NCBI GenBank assembly: GCA_965243025.1
Contig: CBDETY010000003.1
Span: forward strand, 1,984,001 to 2,048,000
DNA length: 64,000 nt
DNA from: Candidatus Latescibacterota bacterium
Lineage (GTDB): Bacteria > Latescibacterota > UBA2968 > UBA8231
Reading direction: 5' to 3'
The notes below the pieces were generated by a model that worked only from the letters and a program-made list of their open reading frames with translations, was not told the DNA's origin and made no database searches. Shown here one piece after another: positions 50,064-58,048 of the stretch (position 1 is its first letter; every line of letters starts with the position of its first letter). A program made the position numbers and the translations under genes.

Positions 50064-50330
50064 CTCCCGCTCCTTTCGACGCTTGAATCTCCTGACGTTC
50101 CTCGTGTTCCGGTCCGAATAAGGAAACGGTTCCGGAGCGGAAAGTCACTCAGGAGATGCCATCCGGCTGCGGAATCTGCCCGAGTAGATCTGAAGCCCTG
50201 GAACATCCGGGTGGCCACTTATGCACCAGAATGCGCAGGCAACGGCGGCTGCTTGTCGCCGCCTGCTCCCCTGCCCACTATTGGCCGCCGTGCCAACCCG
50301 GCAGAAATCCCGGGGAAAAGGGGAAATATC

Positions 50331-51794
50331 GTGACCAGCATCCGCGAGCAGTTCGCCGGCGACCGCCACCGGCCCGTCTACCACTTCGTCCCGCCGAAGA
50401 ACTGGACCAACGACCCGACCGGAACCTTCCAGGCAGACGGGCTGTTCCACCTCTTCTACCAGTACCGCGACGCCCCCTCCCCCGAGGGCCCGGGCGGCTG
50501 GGGCACCTGGTGCCATGCCGTGACCGAGGACTTCATCCACTGGATCGACTACCCGGTGGCGATCGAGCGCGAGGAGGGCGGCCCCGACCACGTCGGCTGC
50601 TGGAGCGGCGGGGCCTTCGAGCGGGACGGCTCCTACACCCTCATCTACTGGGGCAACCCGGGCGGCATCTGCCTGGCCGACAGCGACGACGGGTACCGCA
50701 CCTGGCGCAAGCACCCGCGCAATCCCGTGATCGAGCTGCCCGACGAGCCGGTGGATTGGAGGCTGCACGACCCCTGCGCCTGGAGGGACGGGGAGTGGTT
50801 CTACATGGCCAGCGGCTCCCAGATCGGCAAACCGCGCGCCATCGGAACCTCCAGGGACGCCGGCTTTCTGTTCCGCTCCCGCGACGCCGTCGGCTGGGAG
50901 TACGCCGGCCTGCTCTACGAGCCGGGCGGGGAGAGCGACCTCGCGGTGCCGAGCTTCTTTCCGTTCGGCGACGGGCACATGCTGCTGTTCGCCAGCCACA
51001 GCCGCGGGGCCCAGTACTACCTCGGCCCCTACGCCGACGGCCGCTTCGAGCGCCGGGTGCACGGCCGCTTCAACTACACCAGCTGGGAACCGGGGCCGGC
51101 CATGCACGTCTGCGGCGACTCGATCGCCCCCAGCTCCTGGCTGGCCCCGGACGGAAGGCGCATCGTCATCACCTGGATCGCCGAGGGCCGCACCCCGGAG
51201 GCTATGGCGAGGGCAGGCTGGGCCGGCATCATGTCCGTGCCGTGGGAGATGCGGCCGGGTCCGGACGGGAGCGTACGGGTGTCGCCTGTGCGGGAGCTGG
51301 AGGGGTTGCGCGGGATGTACCGCAGCCTGGAGGGAGCCTTCGCCGACGACGGCGAGCAGATCCTTCCCGGGATCGCCGGGGACACCATCGAGCTGAGGGC
51401 GGAGATCGATCCCGGCAGCGCCGACGAGGTTGGTCTCAAGCTGCGCTGCGACCTCGACGGCGAGGAGGAGACGGTGCTGACGTGGGAGCGCTGCCCGTCG
51501 CGGATACGGCTGGACGTGTCCCGTTCCAGCGCCGACCCCGAGTTCGTCGGCCGCGACCCGCAGGTCGCCGAGCTCCATCACGACCCGGACCAGCCGCTGC
51601 TGCTGCGGATCTTCCTCGACCGCTCGGTGGTCGAGGTCTTCGCCGGGGACAGGGTGCTGCTGACCAAGCGGATCTACCCGCAGCGGACCGACAGCATCGG
51701 TACCCGCTTCTTCGCCCGGGGAGGGCGGGCGAGCCTGCGGTCCCTCGACTCCTGGCAGCTGCGACCCTGCCGCTACTCCAGTCTCGAAGCCTAG
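50331..51794 (+). CDS. GH32-like protein with altered catalytic motifs
   Basis: RPVYHF, WTNDPTG, HLFYQY, WSGGA, HDP, DRSVVEVF, RIYP. Confidence 0.87.
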   Translation: MTSIREQFAGDRHRPVYHFVPPKNWTNDPTGTFQADGLFHLFYQYRDAPSPEGPGGWGTWCHAVTEDFIHWIDYPVAIEREEGGPDHVGCWSGGAFERDGSYTLIYWGNPGGICLADSDDGYRTWRKHPRNPVIELPDEPVDWRLHDPCAWRDGEWFYMASGSQIGKPRAIGTSRDAGFLFRSRDAVGWEYAGLLYEPGGESDLAVPSFFPFGDGHMLLFASHSRGAQYYLGPYADGRFERRVHGRFNYTSWEPGPAMHVCGDSIAPSSWLAPDGRRIVITWIAEGRTPEAMARAGWAGIMSVPWEMRPGPDGSVRVSPVRELEGLRGMYRSLEGAFADDGEQILPGIAGDTIELRAEIDPGSADEVGLKLRCDLDGEEETVLTWERCPSRIRLDVSRSSADPEFVGRDPQVAELHHDPDQPLLLRIFLDRSVVEVFAGDRVLLTKRIYPQRTDSIGTRFFARGGRASLRSLDSWQLRPCRYSSLEA

Positions 51795-51846
51795 GCGGGC
51801 AGGCTCAGTCGTTGCCGGTTGGGGGTTGGGAATTCGCTGCGAAAAT

Positions 51847-52773
51847 CTATTGCAGGGATGCCTTGATGCGGGCCCAGGAGACGGACTGGACCGCAGAGTC
51901 GCCGGACGCGCCGACAGGACCCAACAGCACGCCATCCACAAAATTGCTCGCATCGAACCACTCGGGCCACTCAGGCTCAGCACCATCGGGTCTGTCCATA
52001 TGGTACAGGGCATTCAGTCCCGAGTCGTCGTCAAAGTCAACAACCCAGATATCGAAGCCAATGATCTTCCCTTCGGACAGCTGAGACACATCGCTGTCCT
52101 CGGGACCCAGGTGACTCAGGCGGTCAAAGCAGGTGACGTAAAATTCGATATGCCAGAAAGTGGGTTTCTCCCCCAGAACGCTCCCTCCACCCTGGGAGAA
52201 GGGAGGCTCTACCATCCACCTTTCTTTCACTTCACCGGTAGTCCCAGGCAAGTCGACCAACGGCCCGCCAGCCGCCCGGGAAATAGCCTCGTACCACTGG
52301 GCCTGCATGTTCGTCTCCAAAGGTCCTTCCAACTCCTCGTGGCTAGACGGGAAGTCGTATTCACCTCCCGAATGATCTCCGTCGACCATTAAAGAAATGC
52401 TGTCGTAAAAACTGAAAGACAGGTAGTCGGGGTCATATTCGTTGTAGTACGCATCGTCGGCAAACTGGCCGGCGAAATGGATTTTGCCATCCCCGCTCCA
52501 TCCCAGCCAGATGCGGAAATCGAGGTTGGATGGGTCGTAAGAGGTTACCTGTACGTAACTGGACCTCATGTCGAAATCCAGGGTGGTCAGCGTCGGTTCA
52601 CCGACGGCCTCCACCCAGTCGTCCACAGTGGCGTCATCCTGATCGAGAGCCGCCAAGGTCACGTCCGAGAGATAGCTGATCGGAAACATGCGGTCATTAT
52701 CATGGGCGGCAAGGGGAGAAGCATTTGAAAAAATCGCTGCCGACATCGAAAGGAATATTGTATAACGGTACAT
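51847..52773 (-). CDS. Secreted acidic CBM9-like hypothetical protein with C-terminal SWARIKA motif
   Basis: Signal peptide; DFRIWLGW, DGDHSGG, IIGFDI..VDFD; tail DSAVQSVSWARIKASLQ; lower GC. Confidence 0.75.
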   Translation of the reverse strand: MYRYTIFLSMSAAIFSNASPLAAHDNDRMFPISYLSDVTLAALDQDDATVDDWVEAVGEPTLTTLDFDMRSSYVQVTSYDPSNLDFRIWLGWSGDGKIHFAGQFADDAYYNEYDPDYLSFSFYDSISLMVDGDHSGGEYDFPSSHEELEGPLETNMQAQWYEAISRAAGGPLVDLPGTTGEVKERWMVEPPFSQGGGSVLGEKPTFWHIEFYVTCFDRLSHLGPEDSDVSQLSEGKIIGFDIWVVDFDDDSGLNALYHMDRPDGAEPEWPEWFDASNFVDGVLLGPVGASGDSAVQSVSWARIKASLQ

Positions 52774-52850
52774 CACGGTGTCTCCTTGAAGATTTGCATC
52801 AGATCAAAAACCTTGGACGCGCAACTGAATAGCAGGCCGCGTCAAGCCTT

Positions 52851-53684
52851 TCAGTAGACCGGAAACCCCAGGACCTTGCGCTGCTCCAGGGTCAGGGCGG
52901 CCAGCTGGCCGCTGTCGAGGGCCTTGACCTCGGAGTAGTCCGGGGGCGCCGCCATGATCCCGACCAGCCGCTTCGCCTCGTCCGACATGCTCGCCACCGC
53001 TTCGGGCGGCAGCAGGCGCAGGCTGTCGGTCTTCCCCTTGAGCCAGGGCCGCAGGTAGTAGGCGATCACCGACCAGCGCGGCCGGTCGCTGCGGTTGATG
53101 CCGCCCTGGTGCCACAGGGCCGCGTCCCAGACGATGGCGGAACCGGCAGGCGCCTCGATACGCACGGTTTCCCCGGCGTCGTGGTCGGGGTCGGGGACCT
53201 CGCACGACAGGTGGGACCCCGGCCACAGCCGCGTGGTGCCGTTCTCCGGGGTGAAGTCGACCAGGCACCAGACGACGTTCAGGGCCATCGGAAAGTGGGC
53301 GCCGGCGGCGAACGGCAGCACCGTGTAATCCTCGCGGTCGACGTGGACCTGGAACCCCTTGGCCGCGTCCCGCCTGCCCGTCGGCATGGGGACGCGGATG
53401 TTGCCGTCGTAGAGCATCGCCCCTTCCCCGAGGAGGGCGCGCACGACCCGCATCACCGGCGGGTTGAGGTAGAACTCGTGGAAGTGGGGATGCTTGCCGA
53501 CGATGGCGTGGGCGTTGCGCAGGTTGTCGGTCTGCGTTCCCGTGGTGCGAGCCACCTCCTCCTCGGCGTCGAGCAGCTCGATCACCGCCCGCCGCGTCGC
53601 CTCGACTTCCTCGGGGGAGAGGGCGCGGCGGACGATCGTGTACCCCTGCCCGGCCAATTCGTGCAGGTGCGATTGGAGGTTCAT
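52851..53684 (-). CDS. PhyH-family dioxygenase
   Basis: HVD, DFTPENGTT..PGSH, LWHQGGINRSDRPR. Confidence 0.92.
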   Translation of the reverse strand: MNLQSHLHELAGQGYTIVRRALSPEEVEATRRAVIELLDAEEEVARTTGTQTDNLRNAHAIVGKHPHFHEFYLNPPVMRVVRALLGEGAMLYDGNIRVPMPTGRRDAAKGFQVHVDREDYTVLPFAAGAHFPMALNVVWCLVDFTPENGTTRLWPGSHLSCEVPDPDHDAGETVRIEAPAGSAIVWDAALWHQGGINRSDRPRWSVIAYYLRPWLKGKTDSLRLLPPEAVASMSDEAKRLVGIMAAPPDYSEVKALDSGQLAALTLEQRKVLGFPVY

Positions 53685-53783
53685 ACCGGTCCTCTCAACT
53701 CCGGCGCCAACTCGAAAGGCGTGTCCGAGGTCATGGCGCGCCCTTCGCCTCCGCTGCCGGCTCCTCGGAGCGTGCGTCTGGAA

Positions 53784-54749
53784 TCACGCAGTCCCGCCCA
53801 ACTCTGCCGCCAGCTCGCGGGCGCGCTCAAGGGTCGTGCTCCGCTCCTCGAGCATGCGCCTGCGGATCTCGCCGATCAGCTCCGGTTCGGCCCGGGTGGT
53901 GACCCAGAGGGCCCGGCCGGACAGCACCTCGTCGATCTGCTGAGCCGTGCGCCGCACCTCCGGCCCGGGGGTGTGCGCCAGCCAGCTGGCCGTGTCCTTG
54001 ATGGGCTGGTAGCGGAAGTCGCAGGAGAGCCGGATGCGGTCGGAGCGGTTGGGCAGGCCGCGGTGGGCGGTGCGGCAGTGGAAGAGAACGGCGCTGCCGG
54101 GAGCGAAATCCCCCGTCGCCCAGGAGAGCTTCGAAGGGTCGAGGCCGTACCCGGCCTTATCGCCCTGCTGCTTCGTGGAGCTGGCGACGGTGCCGGCGGA
54201 CTGCAGCAGCCCGAGCCGGTGCGATCCCGGGGCGACCGCGAGCCCTCCGACCTCGGCGTCGATCTCCATCAGCGAGATCCAGCAGGTGTAGAAGCGGCCG
54301 GCCTTGTACCCCAGCTTCGGGTCGCCGTCCTGGTGGGCGCCGATCCCCTGGGCCGCTTCGGCTTCCGGGTCGGGGTAGACGAGGCGGATCAGCTGCTGCT
54401 CCCAGACCTGGACCGGGCTGTCGCACACCACCTCGAGGAGAGTGAGAACCTCGAAGGACTCTGCCAGCCCGCGGAACGACGGGAGCCGGACGATGCGGTC
54501 GTACACCGCCATGTACTCCGCTTCGGTCGGCTGCGGCCCCCCGCTCCACACCGGGTCGGGGGAACCGTCCTCCTCGATGATGAACCGCTCCCGCAGGATC
54601 GCCATGATCTCCCGCTTGACCGCGGTCGCCCGGTCCGCGTCGACCAGCCGGGGCAGGAACAGATAGCCGTTCTCCTGCATGCGCTCGCGCAGCCCCGCGG
54701 GATCCTCCAGGAGCCCTGTCGAGTCGATCATTTCCGCCAGGTCGGGCAT
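53784..54749 (-). CDS. PhyH-family dioxygenase
   Basis: ENGYLFL, AHQD, GGLAVAPGSH, HRGLPNRSDRIRLSCDFRYQ. Confidence 0.92.
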   Translation of the reverse strand: MPDLAEMIDSTGLLEDPAGLRERMQENGYLFLPRLVDADRATAVKREIMAILRERFIIEEDGSPDPVWSGGPQPTEAEYMAVYDRIVRLPSFRGLAESFEVLTLLEVVCDSPVQVWEQQLIRLVYPDPEAEAAQGIGAHQDGDPKLGYKAGRFYTCWISLMEIDAEVGGLAVAPGSHRLGLLQSAGTVASSTKQQGDKAGYGLDPSKLSWATGDFAPGSAVLFHCRTAHRGLPNRSDRIRLSCDFRYQPIKDTASWLAHTPGPEVRRTAQQIDEVLSGRALWVTTRAEPELIGEIRRRMLEERSTTLERARELAAELGGTA

Positions 54750-54774
54750 CGGTCGGGTCCGGGTGATGCCGGGG

Positions 54775-55731
54775 TCAGCTCCCCCAGCCGCCCGCCTCGT
54801 AGAACTCGCGGGATTGGTCGACTGTGCGCTCGGTTTCCTTCAGGAACCCCAGCAGCCCCCCGAGGACCTCGGCGAGGTCGGGACGCTTTCCGCCTGCGGG
54901 TGCGGCTCCCTCCGGCAGGTAGGGGTTGCCCGGCGCGCTCTGCAGGATCGCCTGGGTGGTCTTGGGCATGTAGGTGCACAGGTACCCGTCGTACCCGACC
55001 CCCTTGAGGATGCGGAAGATCTCACCGTAGTCGGCGTGGCCGGTCCCGTGCTGGCAGTGGTTGGTCTCGTTGAGGTGGAAGTGCCTGATCCGCTTTCCCG
55101 CGTAGCGCAGGGCGTCGGGGATCGAGCCCTCCTCGACGTTCATGTGGAAGACGTCGGGCTGCACCCCGAGGTTTTCGAGCCCCAGTTCGTCCACGTAGTT
55201 GACCGCCTCGTAGATCGTCGTCAGCACCCCGGGGAGGCCCTCGTAGGTGTTGAGCGGCTCCAGCAGGATGGCGATGCCGCGTCCGGCAGCGTGCTCGCAG
55301 ACCTCGCGGATCGACTGCCGGAAGTTGTCGCGCAGCTGCTCGACCGGCTCCAGCGGAAACGGCAGCTGCGGCACCGCGGGCTGGGCGGCGCACAGCTCGG
55401 TGAAGCTGGCCCCGGCGTCGGCTGCGAGGTCGACGGTATCCCTGGCGTACTCAACGGCGCGGCCCCGGGTCTCCGGGTCGGAGCTGGCGAGGTTGCGCTC
55501 CTCGCCGGCGTGGTAGTAGCCCCAGGCGGCCAGGACCTCCGGGACCACGAGGCCGGCCTCCTCGACCCGCCGGCGCCAGGCGCGGCCGTCCATCTTCTCC
55601 GGGTTGCCGGGCAGGTCGACGCCGTCGTACCCGGCCTCGGCGGCGGCTTTGAGGACTACATCCGGCTCCTCGAGGAGGTTGTATCCCACCCAGGGAAGGG
55701 TGTCGCTCTGCAAGCTGTATTTGAACGCCAT
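54775..55731 (-). CDS. Sugar phosphate isomerase/epimerase (ketohexose 3-epimerase-like TIM barrel)
   Basis: LEPLNTYE, DVFHMNVEE, HFHLNETN, GTGH.DY. Confidence 0.88.
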   Translation of the reverse strand: MAFKYSLQSDTLPWVGYNLLEEPDVVLKAAAEAGYDGVDLPGNPEKMDGRAWRRRVEEAGLVVPEVLAAWGYYHAGEERNLASSDPETRGRAVEYARDTVDLAADAGASFTELCAAQPAVPQLPFPLEPVEQLRDNFRQSIREVCEHAAGRGIAILLEPLNTYEGLPGVLTTIYEAVNYVDELGLENLGVQPDVFHMNVEEGSIPDALRYAGKRIRHFHLNETNHCQHGTGHADYGEIFRILKGVGYDGYLCTYMPKTTQAILQSAPGNPYLPEGAAPAGGKRPDLAEVLGGLLGFLKETERTVDQSREFYEAGGWGS

Positions 55732-55883
55732 GATGTCAGGAATCCCCCTTTGGCTTGGAGCGGTCGTTGGTTGGTTCAAACTGTGAAACGGCATCAGTGC
55801 GACCGTAGCCACGGGCGCGCTGCGGAAACCTCCCGGGAGCTCCGGGTTAGAAGAACAGCCTGGGTGAGAGCAAGGAAATAGAC

Positions 55884-56065
55884 AAATAAGGCAGAATAAG
55901 ACATGCTAGATATAACTAGTTGATTTTTCGTCCTCTTACATCGTCCTAAGAAGAACTAGGCTTCGAAATAAGACAGAATAAGACACGCTAGACGTAACCC
56001 GTTGATTTCTAGTGGCTTATCGTCATTCAAAGAAACTCCGCCTCGGAAATAAGACAGAATGAGCC
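55884..56065. repeat. Tandem 81-82-bp repeat (about 2.2 copies) with IHF-consensus boxes
   Basis: Units at 55884, 55966 and 56047 start AAATAAGrCAGAATrAG; the two full units contain minus-strand AATCAA-N4-TTA. Confidence 0.85.
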
Positions 56066-56085
56066 GAATCCATGGGGGAAATGGA

Positions 56086-57477
56086 CTATTGGCGCTTCCA
56101 CCGCGCACCTCTGCCGTGGCCCTGACACATCGCCAAGCCGAGCATCCGCAAGATCCGCAAGTCATCGCGCACCTGCCGCTCGGTAGGTGAATCCTCCAGT
56201 TGAGGGATGATCTCGCGCAAAGCGTATCCTCTGCGCCCTCCCGCAAGCAGGGACAGAATTGCCCTCTGGCGTTCGGTCACCTCCCGCTCGACACGTCTCG
56301 GCACGTAGGACTCCGGCCTGAAGCGCACGGTGACGCAACCGCCGACGTCCTCGATTTCCGGCGCCGGCAATCCGGCGTCCGTGGCCAGTTCCTTCATCTT
56401 GATCGTCCCCCGCCCCCACTGCTCGATGATTCCACGACGGTAGAAGACCTGGGCGACAAGTGGATTCCAGGGCAGGGATTCATGAGGTTCGAACAACGAT
56501 TCCACGGTAAGCCCGAAGTGCAGGGTTCCCGACGAGGTCACTTCAAGGCGGTCGTCGTAAATCGCACCCGCCACCGACCCTCCTCCAATCGAGTAGTCCC
56601 GGTGACAGATGGCGTTGGCAAGTGCCTCGCGCAAGGCCTCCGGCGGATAGAGAGGATCGTCCACCCGTTCGAACAGTCCCGGCTCGATGCGTCCGGCAAT
56701 GGGCAGATTCTCCCGGAAAAAACGCTCTGCCCTGTTCAGGAGCTCGAAGGCATTCCCGTGAAACTGCCGGTTGTCCAGAAACTCGGTACGGTCCGTACCG
56801 CGGAACTTCGCCACCCGCAGCATGCACTGGGTGTACTCTTTCTCAACGCGGTCCGGCCGGCCGAACAAGACGACCGCCGCTCGCAACAGGCGGTCTCCAC
56901 GGATCAGGCCGAAGCCGCGCAGCAACGCCGCGGGGTCGCGGGTTCCCGGATCGTCCGCGCGCCCGCGCCGGACAGCTTCCTCGAGGGTTCGAACGATCTC
57001 GTTGCGGTCGAGATCGTCGACTCCCCATCCCGGAGCAGGTTCGTTTTCCCAGCGCCGCTCCCCATGCAGGCGTTCGAGAAGCACCTGGTTGTACTGGTCC
57101 CGCGACATGGCCTGGTTGGTGTTGGCCACCCTGAGCCAAGCCTTCCCGTGGTGACTGTACGGCTGATTCTGTCCTTTCGAGACGGTAACCACCACGACCT
57201 CCCTTCCCCCGCGCACGGTTACTCGATTGACGGATGGGGAGGCCGGGGGTTCGATGTTTTGCAGCTCGGCAGCTACCTCCTCGAGCGTGTGATCACTGAC
57301 AAACTGACCGACTACCCGGCCATCCGCTTGCACGCCAAACAGGACCGTGCCGCCGCGGTGGTTCAGCATGGCGCATGCCGTTCTCGCACCTGTACGCAAC
57401 TCGCCGGTACTGAGCTTCAGTTCCAGCGTCTCCGATTCTCCGTCAGCGGCCAACGCCTCGATCTCGTCAAGTGTCAT
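56086..57477 (-). CDS. Schlafen/AlbA_2 + HATPase_c_4 + HTH protein
   Basis: GESETLELK, CAMLNHRGG..FGV, YPPEALREALANAICHRDY, EQWGRG, GHGRGARW. Confidence 0.9.
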   Translation of the reverse strand: MTLDEIEALAADGESETLELKLSTGELRTGARTACAMLNHRGGTVLFGVQADGRVVGQFVSDHTLEEVAAELQNIEPPASPSVNRVTVRGGREVVVVTVSKGQNQPYSHHGKAWLRVANTNQAMSRDQYNQVLLERLHGERRWENEPAPGWGVDDLDRNEIVRTLEEAVRRGRADDPGTRDPAALLRGFGLIRGDRLLRAAVVLFGRPDRVEKEYTQCMLRVAKFRGTDRTEFLDNRQFHGNAFELLNRAERFFRENLPIAGRIEPGLFERVDDPLYPPEALREALANAICHRDYSIGGGSVAGAIYDDRLEVTSSGTLHFGLTVESLFEPHESLPWNPLVAQVFYRRGIIEQWGRGTIKMKELATDAGLPAPEIEDVGGCVTVRFRPESYVPRRVEREVTERQRAILSLLAGGRRGYALREIIPQLEDSPTERQVRDDLRILRMLGLAMCQGHGRGARWKRQ

Positions 57478-57599
57478 GCGTCTGGAATCCGAGGATGTTT
57501 ATGGAGCGAGCAGCCGGGCAAGATTCCCTTCATGCTGGTCGAAGAACTGTCTGCCCGAAATATAATGCCCGCAGAGCCTCCCAAATTCTGACGTTCCGC

Positions 57600-57795
57600 T
57601 GGGTCTGGCCCGAAGGCGAGATGCCGCTCACATTGCCATCGCGGTCACGCGCGGAACCCACTATCTTGTGACTTGGAACTTCCGGCACATCGCAAATGCC
57701 GCCATGCGCTCTCAGATCGAACGGGTTTGTCGTCAGTCCGGTTTCGAGCCGCCCATCATCTGTACCCCCCAACGAACTGATGGAACCCGACCATG
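57600..57795 (+). pseudogene. 5'-truncated, frameshifted PIN toxin fragment
   Basis: DAAHIAIA...LVTWNFRHIANA...ICTP, then an extra C in the C6 run (57765-57770) before NELME. Confidence 0.8.
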
Positions 57796-58035
57796 AAGAC
57801 GCCGCAGGCTGACCCCGTCATCGCTGAAGTCCGGGCAGTACGAGAACAGCGCGCGGCCCGGTTCAACTACGACGTCAAGGCCATTTTCGGAGACATTCGA
57901 GCCAGACAAGAGGCTTCCGGCCGCAAGTACGTCCGGTATCCTTCCCGCCGAACAGTTCCCGTCCCCCAAGTTCAGCACGGGTTGACGCGGCCTCGACCGT
58001 TGCCGCTGCCAACAGCGGCGGAATCGCCAATCTGA
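57793..58035 (+). CDS. Small putative antitoxin partner
   Basis: DPVIAEVRAVRE..AARFNYDV...RQEASGRKYV; similar to 13673-13849. Confidence 0.7.
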   Translation: MKTPQADPVIAEVRAVREQRAARFNYDVKAIFGDIRARQEASGRKYVRYPSRRTVPVPQVQHGLTRPRPLPLPTAAESPI

Positions 58036-58048
58036 GAGATCCTCCATC

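Noticed and set aside
45371-54749. Fe/2OG halogenases among the PhyH genes
   Set aside because: All five keep HxD rather than the HxA/G of halogenases.
55884-56065. CRISPR array
   Set aside because: The apparent spacers are homologous to each other, there are only about 2 units, and no cas genes are present.
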